A stretch of DNA of 64,000 nt. Origin: Bigelowiella natans CCMP2755 (lineage: Eukaryota; Protista; Cercozoa). A program made the translations under genes and the position numbers. The notes below the pieces were generated by a model. It was given only the letters and a program-made list of their open reading frames with translations. It was not told the DNA's origin and did not search any database. Location of the stretch: the NCBI GenBank assembly GCA_000320545.1, contig ADNK01000136.1, positions 194,829 through 258,828 on the forward strand. Reading direction: 5' to 3'. Shown in pieces: positions 14,761 to 26,360 of this stretch (the stretch's first letter is position 1; every line of letters begins with the position of its first letter).

Positions 14761-15279
14761 GTTTCGGTCTTGAACGTCGCGCATTGCAGCCAAAGGCCCT
14801 GCTAGCCTGGCTGCGCGCAGCAGTATAGCAGTTCACGTTTTCTTACCTTTTATTCTTCAGATGTCAATCTTTGTTGCATTTTGTTTCGTCGTCGCGTGTC
14901 AATATCTAGCTATGGCAGTGAGTTGATTCCTCAAGCAGCGACGTTGTTATGTGACGTGACTTAAGTGGACATGACATAATGACAACAGATGGTCCATGTC
15001 TTCGATTGTGTTGCAGATTGCGCAGTCTAGCAGTGTGCTTCGTCAGCTGCAGTCTAGCAGTGCACATGCCTCTTGAACGCATGCTTAAGATTGCAGCAAT
15101 TTTTTGTCATCATACCTGTCGTGCGATCACTAACCAAATGAGCGTATAGAACCGATCAACCGAGTTCCTGATGCCACTACCGCTGATGCGGACACGCATA
15201 AAGCAATAGACATATGTGCATACAAAGGCTGAAAAAGATTCAAGAACTGTTGCGCGCGATGCGCGCCATCATCGGTCGA

Positions 15280-15420
15280 AAGAGGATGCTTTCACATGCA
15301 TGAAACACATTGTGGTAGAAACCAACAGGCACAACATCAGCGCTGTAGCCGCTGCATTGCACAGCTACATCAGGATGACCATTGAAAAAATTTAATTTGT
15401 TCAATACATCCGTCTCATAT
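15280..15420 (-). repeat. Dispersed ~140 bp repeat, copy B (inverted relative to A)
   Basis: Reverse complement reads gacggatgta...ttcaatggtcatcctgatgtagctgtgcaatgcagcggctacagcgctgatgtt. Confidence 0.8.
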
Positions 15421-15697
15421 GTGCATAGCAACCTGGCCATCTAGCCATGCACGAGTAAGGACAGTATACATATAGGCACAACACATACACCAAAACTGTC
15501 GGTAGCATAGACCTCTGAGCTCGTCCCTACCGCGCCACTTATTGTGAATGTTATGTGGACATGTATGTATGCAAAGGTTCACACTTGTATGTATCAATTT
15601 TACTTAAGTGCGACTTCAATGACTTCACATTTTTTAGCGGCACGCAGGGGTCAAATACACAATTTTCTGCATTGACTCAATCTATTTACTCCTTGTT

Positions 15698-16801
15698 TCA
15701 ATTTGATGTCCGCAGTTCTTGTAATTTACTTTTAACCTTATGTTCCTAGTAAGGAAAAATACGTTGGTTTTGCCACCGTGCAACATCATGATATGTTCTT
15801 ACCTGATACTCCCAGTATTTTTCCCGTATCTGGGATAAATTCCTGCAATATATAATATTATGCTATATTCCAATAAATTTAATACTTGTCATGTACGTTT
15901 TTAAATCGGTGCACATCTTCGCGGCAGTTTGTAAGGAAGGAACAGTTGGAAATTTTAGGGCGACATCAATTAGGAAGCTGAGACATTCCGTACACCTAAA
16001 AAAATATAACTCAAAATCGTATTCACAAATCGGTATTGAACTTGAAACTTTGGATCTTTCTTCAATATTGCAGCTGCCAAACGTTTAACGGCATCCACCT
16101 GGATAGAAATTACTACGTCGTCAGATGAATGGGCAAAAATACGCAAAGTTGAAATCTACTGACGTTAAATCCATTTTGAGCCATTAATCCTCTTAAGTAG
16201 TTCCAAGGGGAAAGATTGTTGGGAGCCTAGTTGTTACCACACTGAATAGTCAGCTATCAATTTCCAACCGGAGAAACTTCTCGATTACCTTTTCTAAAGA
16301 TTTGAAGGTAAACTCTACCTCACGATTTTGAATCTCTTTATTGAAACCAGAAGTGTTCTTCACGACAAAGAATCTCTAACAATAGTGAAGAATTTTCTCA
16401 CGACGTATGGGGGAAATCGTAGAGAATCTTCTTATTATATATATAATACGGGTTGCATTGTTTGCTCGAAAATTGGTTTATTACCTGATTCCATGCCGAA
16501 TTATTTCGGATATCGACACGCAACAAACTTTCAACCTGAGTAGTAGTAGTAGGAGGAGGAGGAGGAGGAGGAGCAGTAGTGTTATATAATGAGAATAGAA
16601 AAAATGTATAAATTCTGCGTTTGAAGTGAAAGGAGGATATACGTATTTGAGCTCTCCCTTGAACAAGTTGAACTTTTGGAGCACCCACTGTCTATGGGCC
16701 CAAACCTTTAGTGGTGTTTGTTAAAGGGAGGAGGGACTAATTAGTTGATGATCATCATCATACATGCTATCTATGCCCCCTCATCCTTGGTGATAATGGA
16801 A

Positions 16802-16849
<48 letters not shown>

Positions 16850-17822
16850 GGAGAGGTTTATTAGCAGTGCTAGGATGATGATCATCATCATTATCGGAAT
16901 TTTACGTGATAATTTTTAGGATCTTCTAGGAGAGCTTTAGCTGTTGCATCCAGCTCTTCGCCACATTCTCCAATCTCATTTACAATGACTCGTCGGTGAT
17001 GCCATAACTGATTATGATTTCTTCGTTGTTGATGCTCATATATCTTGGTGGAGACCATCACCACCACACATTAGGCATCATCATTGTTTGAACAACCTGA
17101 TAGTTTTTACTACTTTGCTTTGCGACCTTTGAAATGAATGCCAGTTCCTAGAGGTGATGGTGGTGGTGGTGGTGGCGTCCAATATTAATACTAGCAACAA
17201 CAACAACAACAATAACAACAACAACAACAACCAATGTGACCCCTCCCTTTTTATCTTCAAAACCTTCTTCAAATCCGACTTAAGCATCATAAGACATTCT
17301 CGACGAAACAGCCAGCCAGTGTAGTTTGCAGGATTTACCTGTATGTTAAGGAGTAGTATCCTTTTTTGAAATCGGGGTCATGTGGATTGCTATAGTCTAT
17401 GAAGTAAAAAAATGTTGGTTGTTATTCTAATACCTGAATGACCTCCTCTGTTAGCGCTAACGCTCTCTCACTATACTCCTTCTTCCGTAATATCGCTCGG
17501 AAGTAGTCCATCACTTCCACAACTACTCCATTGGTTAATAATGGTGAGTATTTAGAAATAGAATGACACATATGTAAATTATGTATTCATAAGTGAAAGA
17601 AGAAGGGATTAGGTTGAACAGCATTTGCTTCTTATTATCAAAGCAGCAAACTCCACTAAACGTAAACGACGTACAGTGCGGAGAGTAGGATATAGGAACA
17701 AGTGGCTCTGGCCCATCGTCTTGAGGTACTGGTTCAATGTCTTTCCATGCTGGAGCAGTTGAGAGAGGAAATTCAAGTGTGAAGGGAGTCGACATTGTTC
17801 TGCAGAAAGAAATGCGAGGCAT
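15698..17822 (-). CDS. FNTA: Protein farnesyltransferase/geranylgeranyltransferase-I alpha subunit
   Basis: WKDIEPVPQDDGPEPLVPISYS, VMDYFRAILRKKEYSERAL, and PPTA repeats NPANYTGWLFRR, YQLWHHRR, WAHRQWVL, DIRNNSAWNQ, PNNLSPWNYLRGL; ends IREKYWEYQEHKVKSKLQELRTSN*. Confidence 0.9.
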
Positions 17823-18463
17823 TATTCTGTTGATTCCCCCTTCTTTGTTACGTGCGATGGGTAAGGAATATCAGTAGAAAATAATTTTACGGAGACTTCT
17901 AAGTGGTTGTCCACCACCACTATCATCACCAACACCCATCCACCTCCTTCCATTGTTCGCTCTTATTTATTCTTAGTTGCTACTTCTTTTCTCCTCCTCC
18001 TTCTCCTGCCTGCTGCGTTGTGAGCAGCCACAAACAACAATAATCTCTGGTTTATCTCTCACACACAGAAAATCTCCAATCGTCTCCAACGTCGCTACTA
18101 CCGGTGGTAACTCCGAACGGGTACCTCTTCGACATCAATCATCACATGTAAAAATCCGAAGAAAGATCTTACGAGAAAAGAATACAACCTGATCAACAAT
18201 CAAGATACACCAATGAATTTGGACATGCGACAACATTTATTCAATATTTTACAACTACGACTCGTACCTGGATGCATTTTTTGTCGTAAAGAGTTTCCTT
18301 CTTACCTCCGAATATAAAATTGCACAATGTTGCGGAAGTAGCCATCCCTCCATCATCGTCCATCACACATCCGTCGTCCGATCGGTAAAGAGCAGATTAC
18401 CTGTGCATCCTGCCTTGCGTCTTGCTGTCCCACCGATCGATTACCTGACGAAAACGCTCTAAA

Positions 18464-19829
18464 ATGCAGTCCCAATCCAAGAGTTCCACAGAAATTGTTG
18501 ATTCTGAATTACGTGGACGGCTGGTAGGTGTAGGACATCCCCTTCTTGATATTTCATGTGAGGTTGATCGGAAAATGGTGATGAAGTATAACTTACGTAT
18601 GAATGACACTATTATGGCCGAAGAGAGGCACAAGCCCATTTATTCTGAGCTGAAATCTAGAAAAAATGTTAAGTACATCGCCGGGGGATCAACTCTCAAC
18701 ACAATGAGGGTGAAAAACACTTCTAGATTAAACCAGCTCATGTTAGAATCAATTTTTGTTGGCTTTATTTTTTTTATTTGATTCTGAGTGGTATATATTC
18801 GCGTGCACACAACCTTCCATTTAAAATATAGTTAGTCAGTATGTGTTTGTGTGTGCGTGCGTGCGTGTTATGTTGATTTTATAAGACAAACTACATAAAC
18901 ACTCATCATACACAACTACATCCAACGATGTATTAATTTGCTAGGTGGCCCAGTGGATGATCCGGTCACAGGGTGCCACATCATTTATCGGATGTATCGG
19001 AAATGACAGTTGTGCAAAAAAACTCATTTCTTGCGCGAAAAAAGATGGAGTTGATACGTATTTCCAAGTTGAGAAAGACACTTCTACCGGAAAATGTGCT
19101 TGTCTCATTGTAGACAAGGAACGTTCCTTAGTAACAGATTTACAGGCAGCAAGGAAATATAGATTAGAGCATCTAAAACAACCAAAGATAATACCAGTGT
19201 GGTCGAAAGCAAAGATAATATATATCTCTGGTTTTATGCTGAATGGAAATCTAGAAACTGTTATGTACCTTGCTAAGCATTGCTCTCAAACTGATTTCTG
19301 CATGAATCTTTCAGCACCCTTTCTAATGGTGGTGCCGCATCTACAGAATGCAGTAAAGAGAGTATTACCCTACATCGATATCCTATTTGGAAACGAGGTT
19401 GAAGCTAAAGCCTTTGGTTTAATGATGGGATACAAGACAGATAATATTACAGAAATAGCTGCTTCGGCATCCAGTGAAAAGTCTGCCAGGAAAACAGAAA
19501 GATCCAAAACGGTCATCTTCACAAAGGGGGCAGAGTGCACAATAGTCGCAAAGGATGGAAATGCAGAGAGATATCAAGTACCCACATTGGATTATAAAAA
19601 AATCGTTGATACAAATGGAGCTGGTGATGCTTTCGTAGGGGGGTTTCTCTCACAGTTAATTGAGGGATATCCAACAGAAATCTGTGTGAAAGCAGGTCAT
19701 TTTGCCGCGCAAACCATAATTCAGACAAGTGGGACTGATCTCTCGCATAATAATCAATCCTATTTTCCGAAGAATGCAACGTTATTGCAGGACCCTAAAG
19801 CTGAACTCAACATCAAAAGGGGCAAATAG
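18464..19829 (+). CDS. ADK: Adenosine kinase (PfkB family), two exons
   Basis: GVGHPLLDI, IAGGSTLNTMR|VAQW, NLSAPF, LFGNEVEA, and the PfkB signature DTNGAGDAFVGGFLSQL; one intron ~18710-18945. Confidence 0.95.
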
Positions 19830-21963
19830 TATAATTGCTACCTTTAGACCCCAATTTTCGTGACACATGCTACCCCACATTTGAATCCTAAATTGCCATG
19901 CTATGTGCCAATAAAATAAAACTGATTAGTGAAACACGCTCTTACGAGAAACATTGTGTCTCTGGTCACTGTTTCTGTCAAATCAGATCTTGCTGCACAA
20001 ACCTTGCTGTGCATGTGGCTACTACGTCTAGACGCATGTGCACACCGTTCGTTCGCAGTAGCCGTATGCGCACTCACGTCTAACAATGTAGGCAGTAGCT
20101 ACTTAGGTGTAAGTGTCATAGTCCATACACATGTTATCCATTCTAGCATTGCTAGCAATGTTCATGTCTAGATGTCTAGATTTGCTAGCATGTACTAGTG
20201 CACCGCCCTAATAACTAGCTAATGCATCGATCACAAAATTGCGCCTAGAAGACCTAGAGACGTGCGTGTGCAAATGTGTCTGTCAATTAGATCTGACAAG
20301 ATCTTGAGGTTACAAGGTGTGTACACATGTTGTGTGTGTGTGCATGTATGTGTGTGCATGGCTACATCATGAACCATACTAGCATAGCAATTAGCCACCA
20401 TATCTAGATCGACATGTCCATCATCATGACAATTGAAACATTTTGGACATTTCATTACATCCGTCTTGTTTAGTTGTATAGTTGTCATCATGCATAGTTA
20501 GCATTGCCATGCAAGTGCACATGGTGGCGGACTAGCGGAGGCCCACTCCAACCGCAAAAATGTGCACACCCATGTCGTACGTCGACAACGACCACCGCGC
20601 AACGCATTGCACTGACCACAATGCTCGAATGGCACACTCCCTTCCACGTGAAATGCTCCTGCGTCATCAAATAAAACACTGCAGGTCAAGTTGTTTTGGA
20701 ATTTCTCTCGCAATGCAAACCGTTGGCCACTGCACCGCACTAGCGCACATGCTAGCGTGTGTGGCTTGTTTCTAACACCACTGACTTGTGTTCCAGTGTT
20801 GCGCATGCTGTTCAGATTTGTGCATCCACAACATCTAGGCGAGCTCATCTGACACCATGCACTGCTATGGACTGCCTCAAATGCCTTGTGTTTCAGTTCT
20901 AGAGCTGTTTGCGCCATGCTGTTCAGATTGCAACGTCTAACAAAAACGCCAAAAATTCTCTTAATGATTTCGAGGTTCAAGCCCAATTGCTAACCTAGCT
21001 AGCTAGCAGCGCGTCGACGTCGCACGATGCGTCACACTAGCACTGCTATAGGCCTGCTGCGCTCTAGCTAGCTAGCGCTGCCGTCCTAGCGTCGTTTGAA
21101 GGCTAGAATGCTGCATGCTTCTATGAACAAAATCTGCCACGAGGACACGACGGAAGCGAATTGAACCGCTAGATATTTTCAATTTTTTCCGTGCTTGCTT
21201 GTTAGCCTGCAGAGCGAGCTAGAGAGGGGCAAAATTTTGCCAATTTGATTATATGATTATATGATTTGCCAAAAAACGTTGCGCAGATGCGCTGGTGCGT
21301 GCGGTGTAGCCGCACCGATCTAGACTAGTAGACGGACATACAGCCATTTGAGCTAGCATGCACTAGTGCACTTATTCTCCGCAAATTTTCTGTTCAGAAT
21401 GAATTCATTCTAGTTATTGCATGAATGCGCATTGCTTCATTTTTATTTACTTTTCTTCCTTGTATTTAAGTCACACGTTCAAGAACTTGTAATCTTTTCT
21501 TAAGGATCAAATTCCAAGCATTAGACAAATTAGCAGGAATAGTGTTCGAGACTCTGTTAATATTTCATGGTTTTGAAGTATCTGCTTCATTTTGGTTTGA
21601 GGCAAGTCTGTTGCCATGGATCATTTGAATTGTTTCTATATAGCGATTTGTTTATTCATTTTTTCAAAAATTCGATTCATAACTCAATTAGCTGATGGTA
21701 TTACAGGCCCAGCACTTTGATCATCTTTATTTTCTTGTGGCAATGGTTACACACTCATTTTAACACGTATATATTTACATGTATATATGTACCGCTTCCT
21801 GCAGATGCATGCATGATAAGAGGAATCTAGAAGCTGCTTTAGGTACGGCAAAAAAGAAACGTTGCTGATAAAAACCAACTGATCGGAGAAAAAGAGTGTT
21901 GTCTGTGTCCTTTCAAGGGTTATACCGTCGTCAATCGATCGAAGACCAAATTTGTACTAAAAG

Positions 21964-23925
21964 CTAGTATGAGATAGGGTTGGAGATCCTCCAATGTCGT
22001 ACAAGAGCCCCAGCAAATGTTTCAGCAGCTTTACCCCACTCATCAGGATGAAAGTTTCTAGAATTAGTAGAAGAGAAAGGGAGAAAGAAATAATGAATAT
22101 GTGAGAAGGGAACAAATAAAGTATTGATTAGGAAAGGGAGTTCTGAAGGAATACCGTGCAATATCTCTTGGATCTCGAATCACTTGATTCTCGTACCAGC
22201 GAAGTTCATCATGACCCTCTTCTTCCGATGCTTCAGAAAGCGAATCATCAGAAAATTTCTCTTCTGTGCTGACATCACTATACTGATCGGGTCCATCATC
22301 ATATTGGTAGGTATTTGTCCTGCCGCCGTTGATTTTTTTGGGATGAGCTTTGAACTCATAGTCATCGTCTTCATGGTTACTATCGTCGTCGTCTTCTGAA
22401 TCTCCCATTCGATCTTTTGAGAATGAATCAGATGCTTGCGTTGTAGCCTGGCCATATCTGTTAAAATACCGTCTGCTACTACCTCTCCGTTGGTTATTCT
22501 CATCATCACAATTTGTATGCGAGAAGACTTCATTTCTCTTGCGTTTTGCCCCATAGTCACATAATGACTTCCCCCCCCCCGACTTCGTCTTGCGCGGTTG
22601 AGAAGACAAAGAATGAGTAGATATGGTGCCTCGATTAATGCAGCGTAAATTTCCACCCGGAGAACCTCTATGTCCTGCTGGCGGGACCACCCGGGACTCG
22701 ACCCCTACCTATTTTTTAGAGCATACGACGACCCACTCAGAGGAAAATAAATGAGAAGGAGGAGGAGGCGACATATCGAAAGAGTTAACTCACCTCAATT
22801 TCTAAATTAACGCCGTTTCTCTCCTGCATTCTCTTGATGTAGTCTTGGTTCTGAGATGATGATTGATGTTGTGAATGTCCGTGTTACCACAATGAAATTG
22901 TCGTTGTCAAGATATTACTGCTGCTACTACTATAACTACTGCTACTACTATAACTACCTCTTTCTCGCATCTAATCTTATCACGATCAGCCATGCTCTGG
23001 AAATACTTCCGCTCCTTGCTCGTCAATGCTTTCCAACGCTTTCCAATGATTCGAGCCACCTTCTCGTTGTGCTATAAAATGGATATAAAATATGATGATG
23101 ATGTGTGGTCTAGATTAATAAATACGGTTTCATACCTGCACCCGATCATATTTACGACTTTTATCAGGACAAACTTCAGACCAAATGCTGATATGTCGAG
23201 AAAAGACAACTTAGATTTATATCTCAACGAGGATTACTCATAAATAGTAATGACTACTACCTTCGGTGAACAGAAAGTTGGAAGAAGTTATAAGCAGTTT
23301 TTGGACGCTTTGGTTTACGTGGTGCTTTTGTCTTTGGTTTTCTTCCCTTTTCCTTAAGACTCGAAGAGCTGCTTGTCAGCTTGTTCAGCATTTTCCCATC
23401 ATTTTTAAATGATGAATTAGCTCTTTGCCTGTTTTTTTTTACTTCAGTTGCCACCTTCCAATCCTTTTCCTTATGGCTGAGTTTGTGTTGTAGATTACAA
23501 ATTTCAACTTTCAATACATAATTTGCTTCCATTCTTGTCCCCTCCTCTTCTTATCTAACATTCTTCGTCATCCCTCAACCTAACTCCCTCTCCTCTCTCT
23601 CCCCATCCACACCACATACTTGCTATCCCATTATTCTAAAGTACATATCCTTGTTCTTATCCTTACTGTTGACTTACTTCGAAGATCCAGACATTTGTAG
23701 ATAATGCATCATATGATCATTGGCTGAATTTGAGCTGCGGTCGCCAAGAGATAATGTTCTTTTCTGAACTCCTCGCTGCATAGAAGTAGAGACTTCTCCT
23801 CCTTCAGTATTGCTTGTGATAGTGTTTCCCTTCTTTTTTGTCTCCTCAATTGCAGTGAGGCGCCCATTTCGATCTTTGCCAGCACCACTTACTCCGTTAG
23901 TTCTTCGCCGTTTCGTCATCGGCAT
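21964..23925 (-). CDS. HMG-box DNA-binding protein with acidic C-terminal region
   Basis: KPKRPKTAYNFFQ...HNEKVARIIGKRWKALTSKERKYFQSMADRDKIR is a canonical HMG box; last exon ends RHWRISNPISY*. Confidence 0.8.
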
Positions 23926-25306
23926 TGTGGAATAGTGTGCTGTTTACCAAAAAAAAAAAGGAATTAATTCTTTTCAACGAAATTAACGAATTTTCACGAA
24001 GCAAAATGTTAGATTGAAACTTCATCATGAAAATCATTTCATAAAAATTTAATCTCAACGTAATCCCACCAAACTTGAGATGGTATACCTCCTACAATAA
24101 TTCCTCTATCCACTACACCAGTTCCCTATTCCCATCCCAAATTCTATCTTATAAATTCCATGTTCTCGAAGATTTCTCTTTCACATTAACAATAATTGGA
24201 TGATATGTTTAATTCGGGGGACACTGTTCGTTGCCATTGCCACCTCAAACGTAAATGACAAAGTAGGGCTAAAGTGATCTCGAAGCTTGGCCTTTCCGTT
24301 CGGGTCCGCTCAATGCGGAGTATAAAATACAGAAGCTTTTCAGGTTGCGTCACATTTTTTCCAAATGTTTCTTGCCAATTCCTCCTGTTCGTCCACGTGT
24401 ACAACCACAGCAAAGATACAATACGTTTAATATGAACGTCAATAAATAAGTTCCTTTCATTTTGTCAAACGCAGGGCATCAGAGCCGTTTGGAGGATGCA
24501 GGCTACCCTATCTATACTTCAGATATGTTTTTATTATCGAGTGTTTATCATTTTTTATATAGTAGTACATTTGTTTACTACGACTCATTCAATTAAATTC
24601 GATAACAATTTCTTAGGTTAAAAGTACAAGAATGATATATCTAATGTTAGAAATCTGCGACAAAGTATTTGCCTATAGTTTGTGCAACATGTCTTGCATT
24701 TATCGAATCGACGAATAATATTGGGCTTATGTGGTCTGAATATTAAATGAGATTTTTGTGGACAGATGGGGTGTGTCGCTTATCACTTGTACCTTACCAT
24801 GGGAGCACCTGAGTTTGATAACGCCTCACAGAGAAACGCAGGTTATGTCGATAATCCGGTATTGACAGTAAGATGGCTCTAAAGGAGTGGATAAAGTGAT
24901 ACGGAGAGTGCACACAATGACATTTCTCGCTTCTAGCTTTGCAAGTTTACTTGGGGGTATCTAATGTAGAGTATCCGTCAAAATATCTTGCTGTTCAATT
25001 TATCAGGTTAAATCAACTAAATTTAATCATTATTAACCTGGAACGGGCCGTCGGTGAACTGTGGCGGAGAAAAAATCTGGCAGGTCATCGATCATTCATT
25101 CAATTATGGAATTGCTTGATTCATTCATTCATTCATCAGTGGCCAACAGCATGAATGCATTTCAAAACCTGTGAGTATTTCATGTCGTAGCACAAAGGCG
25201 CACGGGGAAATTAACAACGACAAGTCCTCTTTACAAACGAGAACACGTGGACGTCTCAACCCCCCCCCTACCTCTCGTTCCTGCTAAGGATTCGTAAGAT
25301 TTTCTG

Positions 25307-26327
25307 ATGCACGCTCCCCTTCTAGGTATTAAATAGAGTATGGTATTATTTATTATGTTCCTTTTTTTAACTTCCTCTTCTTCTTCTCCTCCTTCTTATT
25401 GGCATACTAAACAGCTTCAAAACGTTCCGCTAGTGATTGTACTGGAGTCCACAAATCCCGATGTAAATCCATCAAATTTATCACAATATAGGATAAGATT
25501 CCTCTGATTTTAGTCTGTAGTAGCATTTATTATTAGTCTTGGCGTATTTGGAACAATCTGCCTTCTATTATTCGGAGGACCAAATTTCTCTCAAGGCAAC
25601 CAGTTTTACCAGTCTGGTATGAGATTATTTCCAGACAAATTGTTTTCTTCCACCTAATCCTTATATCATTTAAAAGGCATCTCTATGTACTCTATTAAAC
25701 GCGCGGCCACACTTCCTGCGACCATTGCGCCAATGTTTCTCCGATCTCTGACACATCCTGGTATATTATTATATTTGGAAAAAAGGGTGATTATTACCCT
25801 GAACATTTCTAAATCATTTTGCTGTATGTCTTCTTTCACTAAATTAATGCAGCGGTAGGAGCAATAGCAACAGTATCAGGTGTAAATCGAGGGGTAGCCG
25901 CACAACGACGATCTTTGAGAAGGTGCCATCTGTAAAAGTAGTAGTTGTAGTATCTCGCCTAATATAGCAGGATAATATTTATCAAATAATCACATCTACG
26001 TTATGTTCTAATCATGTGGTGAAGTTTCGCTGACATCTCTCAAGACGCTTACGATCCACCCTCCCAGAAAGTCGCCTTCATGTTCCCTGGGCAGGTAGAA
26101 GAACAAGATAAAGAGATGATGATAATTAACAGGGGATTTGCAACAGGATATATGTAATTCCAAACTTTTTTCTCTTACTTTGATGATTTGATCATCGTCG
26201 TCCTCATTACATAATAATTGTAGATATTTCATTATAACCTATAATAACTCAATTAATATTACATCCCTGATCCACCCGACCGACCGACCTCTTACTACTG
26301 CTGCATCGTATTTCATGATTTCTACAA

Positions 26328-26360
<33 letters not shown>

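Noticed and set aside
15437-15453. 17-mer cgtgcatggctagatgg shared (inverted) with ~30710-30726
   Set aside because: Does not extend; a match this long is plausible by chance given the biased composition of these domains.
21040-21135. Weak similarity to the reverse complement of 14740-14830 (possible fourth repeat copy)
   Set aside because: Only short patches match (actgctata..ctgctgcgc); not supportable by eye.
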